The notes under the pieces are model-generated. The model was given only the letters and a program-made list of their open reading frames with translations. It ran no database searches and was not told where the DNA came from. Below are positions 13,021 through 25,600 of a stretch of DNA of 64,000 nucleotides, one piece after another; the first letter of the stretch is position 1; every line of letters begins with the position of its first letter. The stretch spans positions 12,291,184-12,355,183 of the forward strand of contig JARFYF010000065.1 in the NCBI GenBank assembly GCA_030265395.1, in the 5' to 3' direction. The position numbers were made by a program, and so were the translations under genes. This DNA is from Rhina ancylostomus (Eukaryota).

Positions 13021-14899
13021 AATTGCATCTATTTCTCCCTGCCAGTTTCTTCACCCCCCCCCCAAACAGGTGTGTAAACTGTAATTGCAATGTGAAGCAA
13101 TTGCCACGGTTTATCAAATGATCCGCCAATAAATTCGAATATTCTTTGGGTGGGAAAGTATTTTTGGTTTGATTCTAAAGGTCGCACTTTAAATGTAAAA
13201 GGACAATAGCAGAAAACCACTAGAGCATGGGAGAGAATGTACAAACATCCAGCGGAGTAGGTGGTAATACTACTCGTGAATTGTAGGGGGAAAGAATTGT
13301 GAAGGAACTGTATCCCATTTGAGGGTAATAAGAAAAAGAGATGCCCAGTAAGTCAGGCCATGATAAATGGAGTCAATGTTACACATGACCTACAACAGAA
13401 GTAGCTAGTAGAAAGCAAGTTAGCTGAAGGTTTTTGAATTCATTGTTGACTTTTGGAAGTCTGCAGTGTGCCCAGATGGAAGGCAAGGTGCTGTGCTGGA
13501 CCTCGTAATATGGGTACAGAAGATCAACAGAAAAGAGGTCAGATAGGGAGTAAGAATTAGAATGATAGACAATGGCCTCCACAAACTGAATGCAGATGTT
13601 CTGCAACCTAGTCATCCAGTCTACGTTTGATTTCTCCAATGTAGACAAGACCATGTTGTGAACAATGAATGCAGAATATAGATTAGAAACTTCCAGAAAT
13701 TTAACATGGTTAACTCTCTCTTTCCACAGGTGCTTCCTGACCTGCTGAGCATTTGTGTCATTTTCTGTTTTTGTTTCAAATTAGCAGCATCTGGAGATTT
13801 TGATAAGTATTTAAGGTGGTATAAAAGACCTGACATTATGAGAGAATGGCTCAAGAGATAAAGGATCTATATAAAAGAGAAAGATAATTGGGTGTGTGAA
13901 ACTGTCCTTTGAAGTAGCATAAAGAAGAGATATTTGTCTGTAGTCTTTATATTTTGATGTGTCTGTAATTCTTAAAATTTAGTACAGATTTCTACTATTG
14001 TGTTTTGCCTGAGAAGTGAGGTGGATTAGCCTTTGCTCTCTTTGTATGTGAAAGCATGACATTTATCATTGCAGAACGCTGTATTGGGTAAGCATGTTGT
14101 CTACCGAACAACAATAGCTTCTGAGCTATGAAATGTTTCCAGTGCTTTCATTGCTTTCTCTGTTGTAACCCTGCAGACTTCTAAATTGTAAAAGAAATGC
14201 CCAGCTGGTTGGGCAGTACTCATGGAGAGAGGAAAAAGTGAGTCTCTTTCTGTGGTCATCGAAGCTGTGAAGTGTAGGTGAAAACAATAATGGTCAGTTT
14301 TGTCCATTTTTCATGCATTGGGAAAGTTGGTGTAATGCAATTGTTAAATTTTGCAGGTTATTAAAGAGTTAGCTTTCATTATTGTTAGCTATTGCTCTGT
14401 GTCAGGAACAATAAATTCTATCCTGATTTCAGTTTGCATCATATAGTACCTTTCTAATGTAGTAACTTGTACCAAGTCAATTAGCAGTAGTGTTATCATA
14501 CAAGATTCATATGATATTAGTTCAGCTGCTTGGTTAAGTAGTAGGTTTTAACAAGATTCTGAAAGGAGGAGTGCAAGATTGAGATGTTTAAGATAGACAA
14601 TCCCAGAGTTTAAAGCCATGATGGACAGTTCTCCTAGGACATGGTTGCCAACTCTGGGATGAGTCCAGAATTAGAATCACAGAGATCTGAGTTACTGGGC
14701 TGGATGAGGCTTCATTGAACAGGAGTAAAATTGCAGAAGGGTTTGGAAATTAAGATAAATTTTAAAGATTAATATATTGTTGGACAGCATGCAAGTATAA
14801 GTCAAGGAGCACCAACTCGATGCACTGTCTCCCGTTATAATTCCCCTTTTATTTGGACCTTGAATCTGAGGCTTTCATCCGTTCGGTAGACAATTTCTA

Positions 14900-15200
14900 T
14901 CTCAGTAAATTGCCATTTGAGAAGTAATATTGAAAGGGTGCATTACCTTTATTCAAAACTCTGTAGTCATCTCCATGTGTCATGAGTTACTGGTCCTATA
15001 GGAGAACTGTTGTGTGTCATAATGGGTTTGAGCACTTGCTGTTCTACTAAGGACGCCACAGTCTTAAACCCTTTCAGCTTCCTTGAGGAATATACATTTT
15101 TGGTATCTGGACATTGACTCCTCATGCACACAGACTTCTGCTGCCACTCTCCCCTCCTCATAATCTTGTCAATGGATAGCAATAGCTCCCTCAGCATGAC
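14900..15200 (-). pseudogene. Decayed LTR-retroelement reverse transcriptase N-terminal fragment
   Basis: Minus strand reads ...LVEQQVLKPIMTHNSSPIGPVTHDTWR then, after a frameshift, DYRVLNK, resembling the RT motif SP(I/V)WPV.K.DG.WR...DYR.LNK. Confidence 0.6.
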
Positions 15201-15408
15201 TTATGATGTGATATCTTTTAGGCACCCATATCCAGTTGCTCCACATAAGAGGGCACAGTGGCACCCATTCTTCCTAACATTGTGGAAGTATAACAACTAA
15301 TTCCTCGTCATGAATCACTTTTCCCAGTGGACAATTAGTATCCATGTCCATAATTGTGTTGACCCAATGCCCAGTGCTCTCATTCCTAATTGATACCTGT
15401 CTGTTAGT

Positions 15409-16019
15409 TGTTAAGTACCAGCAACAAGAGAAACACACCGAGACATGTATAAGTGTTAAAAACTACTTTATTAATAACTACTTNNNNNNNNNNNNNNNNN
15501 NNNNNNNNNNNNNNNNNNNNNNNNNNNNNNNNNNNNNNNNNNNNNNNNNNNNNNNNNNNNNNNNNNNNNNNNNNNNNNNNNNNTTGTCTGGAGATAAAAC
15601 GTAGATGCAGAGAGATAATAGAGAGTATCGTGGCTGTCCACACCAACTACCTGTTTCCTTTGACAGGTCAACAACCAAGCGAACTCCACTTCTTCATCTC
15701 GACGTGTCTGCCACACCCTAGACCATCCGTGCCGTGGCCGTCCACACCAACTACCTGTTTTCCTCCACAGGTTACCAACAAAGTGAATTCCACCGGATTA
15801 CTCTCAATAATCCATCCGTGGATTGCAGTGACAGTCACAGTTATTGTTTCTCATCCATTGACAGAGAAAACAAGCAGGCTGGTCCCTCTCTCTCTCTCTC
15901 TGACTGACTTCCACTGGTTGTTTCAACAACAGTGTCATGATGTTCTTTATCTTCTGTTGACGTAAGTACACCACACACAAAAAAAAAGGGACACTCACTA
16001 ATAGTCCTAGTCCGTAACA
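15409..16019 (-). mobile_element. Solo LTR (Gypsy/ERV type) with 4-bp target-site duplication
   Basis: TGTTA...TAACA termini; TAGT duplicated at 15405-15408 and 16020-16023; minus-strand AATAAA near 15470; internal 28-bp direct repeat (15629, 15733). Confidence 0.85.
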
Positions 16020-16748
16020 TAGTATACATGTCCATTTAGTTTGGTGGTGTTGGACCTTAAAACAAGCGTAGCAGATGCCTCAACCATTCCGCAGTATTCC
16101 TGGATTGCAAATGAGCATTCAAAGATCTATTATTGATGTGTACTTGCACAGCAAATGGTTGGTTCAGCTGTCAAAAGCAGTGGCTCTTTCACTGGCAATT
16201 TACTGGGACACCTCCCACTGCAGTATTCACAAGTGTTGTCTTGCAGCACCTTATCTTATACCATTGAAGCCAGATCGTATCCAAATGTGGTACTTTTCCA
16301 GTTGGTAAGAGTAATGGCGGTTGTTGTTTTGCTCTTTGCATTAGTCCAAAGTATTGCCAAATCCTCAGTTATCTGGTGCTGATCAGCCTTCAAAGTGGCC
16401 AACTGTCTATTCTCTCACAGTTCTAAAAGTCCTGTTGGTATCACATGGCAAAATTGTGTGCAAAATGTTGACCAAGTTCTATGTTTGGTCAAATTACAAC
16501 TAATTTCTGCTGAATTTACAATCCAAGTACAATAAATGAGCTGACTATGCAGACAGAATTTCCATTACTTAAGTTTACTACTTATACCAGATCCCCTTTC
16601 CTCCCTTTGAAACTGACTGTGATAACTTTAGGTAGTTCTATGCTGTTTAACTTGGTATTTAAAAGATACAGGAGGCTGGAAATGCACAATGAGTCCAACA
16701 GTCTCTGAAAAGAAAATTTGCCACTGTAAGTATTTTTATTAGAACAGC

Positions 16749-16880
16749 CAGTTCTGATGAAAGGTTATTGAACTGAAACAATAACTCTGTTTCTCTCTTC
16801 ACTGTAGCTGCCTGACTCGTTGAGTATCTACAAATTTTCTGTTTTGTTTTCGGGTTTCCAACATCCACAAGATTTTGCAT
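16749..16880 (+). mobile_element. Penelope-type terminal repeat fragment with degenerate hammerhead motif
   Basis: cagttCTGATGAaaggttattgaactGAAAC followed by the family tail gctgcctgac..tgagtat..ttttctgttttt. Confidence 0.65.
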
Positions 16881-19445
16881 TTTAACCAGCTTTATTGACT
16901 GCCTAGTAGCTTTCATGATCTATTTAACTTCTGTCACATAACTCCATGTTCTGGTTAAACTCACTAAAAACACATGGTTTGTGCAATGTTAAATTTAAAA
17001 ATCCTTGGAGTGTATTCACAATCACTAAGCTTAGTACATGACGTTCCAAACATCTTGTGGAACTCGTTACATCAGTGACAGAGCCACAATGCACACCTTG
17101 CTTCCTTTAGATGGTGGTTGCTGCCTTGAATTGCCTACAGGCTTGTAATGTTATCCCGCAATGGTTTTAGATAATAAAATTTGAGTATTGGTCCAATATT
17201 TGAGGAATTTAGTGGCAGATCGGGACGGTGTATTACATGGCACAGATGGTGGTCCTGTGATATCGCAGCTCTTAAGAACATGAAATAGCAGGAGTAGGCT
17301 ATGTGTCACAATCCCCTGAGAGAAAATACCCATGCTTGCTTCCACATTGTCCTCCCTGTGGTTGTTTTCTTCAGAACAGAGGTGAAGAACTGGTTTGATT
17401 TATTTATGATAGTGAATGGATAAAACCAGTGCTTAGTTTCCAGTGTCTGATAGGTCTGGAGCAAGGGAATATTGATACAAAGTTAAACTTGAACAGTTTT
17501 AGGACAGAGAACTAGAGACTTTTTCTAAGAGCATTTCGAGGCAGTGGAATGCAATTTAGAATGTAGACTGTTTCAATGTTTCACAACAGGTTAGACAGGT
17601 TAATGGAGGAAATAGAACATGGTGGGTCCCGGAGATCACGTCTGTTTCTGTATAGTACTTTGAATGCAATTCTCTGCAATAAGTGTCAGGGAAGTGCTGC
17701 AGTGCTATGGAGGGGTAGAGGCTATCAAGGTCAAAAACACACATAGTTGTAGTAAGACTGTAACAAGTGAATTTATTTAAGGCCATAATATTTTAAAATA
17801 GAATAATCTCATTGGTAGTTAACAGAGTTCTGCAGTAAGTTTGAGCAGCAGTTGCAAAGTGGTGAAGTGTAGGTTTGCTTGGTAGATGTAGCAAGAAAAG
17901 TTACTCCTAGTGAATCCAAAACTAGGGGCCGTAAATATGACAGTAAGAAATTCACATGAAACATCTTCACTGAAGTCTGACAAGAGATGGAACTCCCACT
18001 CGCCTTGAACTTGAGATGAAAAGCATAGATGCATTCAAAGGGAACCTAGATAAATTCTTGAGAAAGAAGAAGTAGCAGGGTATTTTAGCAAGGTGGAGAG
18101 ATTAGTGTGGATCATAAACGAGCCTTTGAGATGAATTCCATGTTCCTGTGTTTTCTGTATTCATTTTTGCACCCTTTGGACTAATCACAGTAATGTAGTT
18201 CTGTGGGAGCAATGCCCAAAGGACAAGGAAACAAGTATTTAGCATTGCCTGAGATTTCTGGGTGAGATTTCTGTGCTTTTTACTGCCTCTACCACCTTCA
18301 TTCTAATTGATTGAAAACAGTTCATTTTTCAGCTCCAAAGTCTGTTCTCCACAAGTGCCTACTGTCCCATTTGTGTTTGCAGTATTTTCAGTTATTGTAT
18401 CTGATGCTTGCACTTTAGAAGCTAGTATTCTTTGAGCAGATAGAAACATGGGTGTTCAAGTTTTCCTGATTAGTAGGAGGCGGTGTATCAGAAGTGGTAG
18501 TAATGTTCAGCTATGAGTTTATAACTATTTTGCTGATGTGTGCAAAGGTGTTGCTGAAAATGACAAGTTCATCAGCACCGGAAACTGAAACACTGTTAAC
18601 AGAGCAAATTTTGAATGGGAAGCAGAAATGATTTTCTTAAATCTGATATAGGCAGAGTGAAACTTTGAAGTACAAGGATATACAACAGATGCTGCTGTGA
18701 ATGTGGGGCATGGTTCCGTAGTCTATGTACACCTGCTTTCTGAAACAGCCGTTTCCTATTGTGTTTGTAAGATACTGAGCATGGAATCCATTTTTTTTCC
18801 TCCCCAATGATACTCATTCTTCCACTACTGGGTGTTGATGATGTTTGGTAACACTAATGTTAAGAAAGCGATGATGAGGCCAGTGGTATCTTGTTCAGCT
18901 GAAATATGAATCGAAGCTAGGAGTTGATAAAGATTTTTGTTTATGTGGCCTTTTCTCTTCCATGTTGCATAATGGCAGAACCTCCAGGACAGAAGTTCAA
19001 TCTGTTACCGCAAAAGAAATATTTCTTTCTTCCACCTTTTGTGTGTTTGCCACTTGACCTCCTGTGCTAAGCCTAGGGTGTAAATCACACTGTATCTTTG
19101 GTCTCTGACCTGCCTACATTTTGAACTATCGGCATTTTGAATTCATTGGTTTAAGAGCAGATTGGTATCACTTAGAACGAATGAGCCTTAAAGACTATCT
19201 GAACTTCCGGCAAATTTCGCTGCAATTTGTGCCTTAGCTGAGCCTTTAGCCGAAGATATGTTCCTTTCAGTTATAGATCTGTCACTGCTGAATTTTTTTA
19301 ACTGCCATGCTTTTGCTGGTTTTTAATTGTGTATATTCTTTCCCTCTTCCAGGATTTCCTTGCTGTAACTCAAATGGCCAGGAGGCAAAAGAATCAATGC
19401 ACTGCTTACCAATGCTGTGTCTTTTGACAATTAACTACGTGACCA

Positions 19446-19662
19446 ATGAATTCTGTCTCGCCTTCCTCCGTTCAGTACATCCAGGGCCAGGAAGACTTGA
19501 CTCCCTCAGATACTAAGAGACGACTGCTCCCAGAAGCCAGTGAGCAAGAGAACAGCTGGAATGGCCGCTATAATTTGTCAGAAAAATCCCAACAGAATGA
19601 ACCAGTTGAGGTGGACAAGATTAAAGCTAAGCTGATGACGGCATGGAACAATGTCAAATATG
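19446..19662 (+). CDS. ATG4D: ATG4D coding exon 1 (exon begins about 19353 with 5'UTR)
   Basis: [11 protein letters not shown]...[19 protein letters not shown]; donor G|gtgagg; acceptor tcttccag at 19352. Confidence 0.93.
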
Positions 19663-22600
19663 GTGAGGGCACTATGTGCAGATGGAATTTCTCCCATTTC
19701 TCCAGTACGTTGTTTCTCGCTTTATTTCCCATTCTGTCCTGAATGTGTTATCTTGTGTTGGTTGCTGTTCCACATTTACTGACCTTCCAGTACCTTTTCT
19801 GGTGGTTGACAGGTGTTTTTTAGCAATATATATTAATCTTTAGTTAACATTACGCTGATTCCAACTGATCACTCCTGCCCTGATGTTGTCTGATAGCTTG
19901 TATTTATGTATGAAATAGCAGAACATCCCAAGGTGCTTCATGGAAGCATTATCAAAGAAAATTTGACACTAACACATGTAGATAATGAAAAGATGGCCTA
20001 AAGCTTAGGCATTAGTTGATAAAGGAGATGTTTGGCTAGGGAATTCCAGTGCTTAAGGACATGACAGCTAAAGAAGTCACTGCTAGTTGCAAAATAATTA
20101 AAATCAGGGCTGAGCAGTGTGTCACATTGGAAGATTATGGCTATGGAAAACTATTAGTCTGGATCCAATTACAGGAAAGGCACAAGCTAAGACAGTTTTG
20201 AAGTTAGGTGAGAATTTAAAATTNNNNNNNNNNNNNNNNNNNNNNNNNNNNNNNNNNNNNNNNNNNNNNNNNNNNNNNNNNNNNNNNNNNNNNNNNNNNN
20301 NNNNNNNNNNNNNNNNNNNNNNNNNNNNNNNNNNNNNNNNNNNNNNNNNNNNNNNNNNNNNNNNNNNNNNNNNNNNNNNNNNNNNNNNNNNNNNNNNNNN
20401 NNNNNNNNNNNNNNNNNNNNNNNNNNNNNNNNNNNNNNNNNNNNNNNNNNNNNNNNNNNNNNNNNNNNNNNNNNNNNNNNNNNNNNNNNNNNNNNNNNNN
20501 NNNNNNNNNNNNNNNNNNNNNNNNNNNNNNNNNNNNNNNNNNNNNNNNNNNNNNNNNNNNNNNNNNNNNNNNNNNNNNNNNNNNNNNNNNNNNNNNNNNN
20601 NNNNNNNNNNNNNNNNNNNNNNNNNNNNNNNNATCAAATATTAGATATTGGACAAACAATGGGACATCTTGGAGAAAAGCAGGAGTGGTGGTGATGAGGT
20701 AGAGCTGAGTGCTGCCTGTGAGCATGTGGAAATTAATAGCTGCTGAATAGTGGAACATGAAGAAAAAATAGAGAACCAAGAATAGATTCTTAAGGAAATG
20801 GTTCGAGGACAAGAAGATAAGCTATTGCAGCTGATACTCTGGTCGCAATTAAATAAACATAAATGATTGGCAAACTCAATTAACTGATCTGTGAGGCTTG
20901 ATTTCTTTTATAACAGGACTTTATCAATTATACTTCAGTTTTTAATATTTATAGTTGGATTGAGTAGTTTTTCTTTAAAATGAGTACTATAATTGTGGTC
21001 AGAAAACTGGCATGGAATGTGTTATTGAACCTTACAGTGTGAGTTGAATGTGTACATAATAAAATGAGATTTAGTGCGTTTTTAGCTGTGGAACGTCATG
21101 GTAGCACATTAACCAGATCTGAAGGTCAAAGGAACAACTCCACTGTGTTTTTGCTGATGATTCAGTTGCCTTGTGCAATTACTTTTCATATCTTTCCCTT
21201 GCATTTTGCCGTATGTTGTCAGTGCTTAGTATTTATCAAGAATTATCTTTGTTAACCAGCTTTACCAATTGATTTGTCTCTGTAGGCTGGGTGGTGAAGG
21301 GGAGAACAAATTTCAGCAAAACTTCTCCTATTTTTCTGCTGGGACGGTGCTACCAGTTTGAGTCAGAAGGTAATTTGTTCATTGCTGGGTCTGGGATGCA
21401 TTGTGACTTTTTGACTGCTAGTAACTGTCGAAACTACTAATAACAAAACCATCTGTTTCCTTACCAGCAGCTGATTCACCACCAAGCCCAGACAGCATTT
21501 GTGAGGCACAAGACAACCAAAATGCTGCTTCTGCTGTGGTGGAATTGTTTCGGAAGGACTTTGGCTCTCGAATCTGGTTGACATACCGCCGTGAATTTCC
21601 ACAGCTGGAGGGTTCTATTTGGACCACGGATTGTGGCTGGGGTTGCATGTTACGCAGTGGACAGATGCTGCTCGCCCAAGGACTTCTTGTCCATCTTCTC
21701 TCTCGAAGTAAATTTTGCACTCTTTGTTTTGTCTTTTTCTCCTGACTGTTAGTGAGGTGCAATTTGCACGAGTGACCAACAGTCATCAAGTGGCTAACTT
21801 TGCTCTCAAGTGTCTGAGCAATGAAAACCTACCTGTCTACCACTTTACTGATGAGCATCCTCCTACATGCATACCCTTTCCTACATGTATCAATCTGTAG
21901 TCGGTATTCCTCTCTTGCCCCTCAGACTGTAACCCCAAGGTGCAAAGACAAACTCTAGCCCTAATTCCCTCCCCAGTTGTGATCACCGACTAACAATGCA
22001 GACCAGAGATTAGTCTTGGCATTTAAGATGAGTGAAGACGCCAGGCAACTCATTTGTCCACTGATTTGTGATACAATGTACTTTATCCTTATTTGTGTGT
22101 CAGCATATAGGAAGACATGCGAGTGAAATAGCGAAGAGCTTGGGAGCCCCTGAAGGTTTGAACCGAATAAATGAATTGAAATCAATTTGCAAGTAAACTT
22201 CAACTTAACTTCCTACACGTGAGCAACCCACACAAAATGCTGGAGGAACTCAGCAGGTCATTCCAGTCCTGACGAAGGATCTCGACCCAAAACGTCGACT
22301 GTTTATTTCCTTCCATAGATGCTGCCTGACCTGCTGCGTACCTCCAGCATTGTGTGTGTGTGTGTTGCTCCAGGTTCTAGCATCTGTAGAATCTCTTATA
22401 CTTCCTATACATGAGGTGAGTTTTCGAATTGAATACCTGTTTCCTTAATTCATAGAGCTTAGCCACAGAAGATACCTGACTAAATCTTCATCTGGTACTG
22501 AGGTTTGCAATAGAAATTCTGCAATTCACTGTCCTTGTACTAAGAAGGAAAAAGCAATCCTGCTCCTGATCAGTGCCAACCCATTGCTAGTGAAAACAAG

Positions 22601-25600
22601 ACCAGTCTTGGTTGGGATCTTTCTCTACAGCTTGCATCTGTTTTCTAATGCAGAGTTTCCACTTTGGGGGAATACTACAGTGCGGTCTGTACTCATGACA
22701 TTTTTCTAAGTTCTTTCTGTCCTCTGCCACTACAGAACTCCAACAAAACTCAGTATAAGCTTTTGATGAGGCATGTTACAGTCTACCAGACTGAGCAATG
22801 AGTTCAACAATTTTGGATACTAATTTATTTTGTTCCCACTTAAACCTCCTCCAACCCCTTTATTATTTTCTTTCTTTCTTTACACGTTGCAGTTTTTGCC
22901 TTCTATTATGTTGCAGGTTCATTTTTTTAATGTTTATTTCTCCTGCAATCTCCAGTATCAAACACATTCCCTTTTGTTTCCCCTCTTTGCATTGATAACC
23001 CAAGCTTATTTCTAACTATTTTTAGTTCTGATGAAAGATCATTGAGTAGTTTGTCTCCATGGATGCTGTTTGAACTGATGAACATTCCCATCATTTTCTG
23101 CTTTTATGGAATAAAAGCTTGCTACATTGGGTGAACTTAATTTCTGTAGTATTGATAGCCCTGGTTTAATGCCCTCCTTTCTTTTAGACTGGACCTGGCC
23201 TGATCTGTTACTCTCTGAGTCAGAAGCTGAATCCAGATCGCCATCTAAATCTAACATTACCAACTGGTCAGCCTTCTCTGAGGTCTTCAGCTCACAGTTG
23301 GACAGAAGTAGAAGCCTCTGGCATGCCCAGGGAACTACTGTCACACAAGCACGTGCACAGACATTGAGACGGAGCAACCTTGACAAAATGGACAAAGAGG
23401 AGATGGAGCATCGGAAAATCATTTCTTGGTTTGGAGATCACCCCAAGGCCCCATTTGGAGTACATCAACTTGTAGAATATGGAAAGAGCTCTGGGAAGAA
23501 GGCTGGAGACTGGTATGGCCCATCCATTGTAGCACATATAATCAAGTAAGTGAAGCCTCTGCAACTGCAGCAAAGGGAGAGCTGTATCTATGTAGCACAT
23601 TTCCAATCTTTAAAAGTAATCCTATGATACTACAGGAAAGATGCAAGTGTCCCAGAGAGGTAGCAGTGGAGATGCACCAGGACGTTGCTTTAATTGGAGC
23701 ATTTCAGCTATAAAGAGCAATTGGATGGTGTGGGTTTGTTTTCCCTGGAGCAGAGGAGACTGAAAGGGGATCTGATTGAGGTCTACAAAATTATGAAGGG
23801 GATGAATGGGGTAGATGGTAAGGGGATGGGTATAAGGTGAAGGATAGGAGTTTTAGAGGATCTGAGCGGGAATTGTTTCCCTAAGATGGTGGTGAAGGCA
23901 GTTACTCAATGTTTAAGAAGCATTGGATGTGAATCACTGAGCCAGAGAAGGCTATGGATCAAATGGGGGTATGGATAATTACAGTGGTTGGTGTGGACAT
24001 GGTGGGCTGAAGTAGTAGTGTTTCTGTGCTGAGTAACTCTTGCTCTTATCTGATTTTCTAATTGTTAATTGGGGAATACTTTGGAAATTTAGTCATGTTA
24101 TACACAGTTGCAGAAAAATACCTGAGACAAGTACATTGAATTGATTTGGTGATGCAATATAGGAACTTGGGAAATGGAAGCAGAAAAGTCCCATTTAGCA
24201 CTCCCCCTAGGTCTGCTTCTTATTTTCTTAAAATTATGTCTGATCTTTCACCTCAAATCCACATTCCCAGATGAACTATCAATTAATTGTGGCTGTACAT
24301 TAAAGCTTACCATCTGTGTTTGCCTGCATAAAGCTAACACTTGGCAATACTGGACAAGGCCATTTAGTGGTTTGTATTGTGCCTATCCAGAATAATCCTC
24401 CAAACATTTATCTTCCTCAGTTTCAATTTCCATTAATAGATGCAGCGAGCTTTAACTCGACCACTCTTCAAAGCATTTTTATAACTCATGATATGAAGAC
24501 GTTTCACCTATTCACTCACTTATTAGCACATTTAAAATGATGCCTCCCCTCTTTACTGTCCCCCTCTACAAGAGGAAATAGTATTTTTCAATTTGCTTTA
24601 TGTAGACATTTCCATAATTTTAAGGTTTTGTTAAATCTAATGTCATTGGAGGGGTGTCTCCTGGACAGGACATCGAATGAATTCCCTTCCTATCTGGAAA
24701 TAGTATTGTGGAAACTTTTACAGTCACTGGAGCAAATGGGCATGGCCATAGTTTAATGACTAGCTGAAGGATAACATCTCCGATAACATGGCACTCCTCA
24801 GTACTATACTGGGGTATCAATCTGGATTGTGTGCAGCTGATCCAGGGAGGGTGGAGATGAGTGTATCTTTTCAAGAAGATCACTTGGCCTCCAGGCTTGC
24901 TCTGCCATTGAATAAGATCATTCCATCTGCCGCTGATAACCTATTATCCCCTTGTGGATTAGGTATCAATCTGTCGATGCTTTAAAAAATTTTCAGAGTC
25001 TTTATCTCATCACCAAATTTAGTATTCATACCTTTGTATGTTCTCTGTCTTAAATGGGAAGTTGTTTATTTTTAAACATTGGCTCTAGATTTTCATGAGA
25101 AACATCCTGTCCATATCCACTCCTGTCAAAATCCTTTGGAACCTTCTGTTTCTATCAAGTCACTTCGCTGTTTTAAACTCCATTGGATACAAGCCCAGCC
25201 TATCCAACCTTTCCTCATAAGGCAACCCACCTATTCCAGCTATTAGTATACTAAACCATCTCTGAACAGCTTCCAACACATTAACATTCTTCCTTTACAT
25301 AAGGAGACCAATACTCTACATAGTACTCCAATGTTATCTCACCAGTGTCCTTTGTAACCAAAGCATAACCTCTGTTTTTGCATTTAATCTCCCTGTCAAT
25401 AAACAGTAACATTCTGTTATCCTTCCTAACTACTGGGATGAATGGGTTGTCTTGTCATGAGTGGCTAAAGAAATCTGATCTATATTCTTTGGAGTTCAGA
25501 AGAATAAGGAATGATATTGAAACACAAGATCCTTGGGGTGCATGACACGGTAGATATCGAGATGTTTCCACTAGTGGGAGAATCTTGAATGAAGGTGCAC

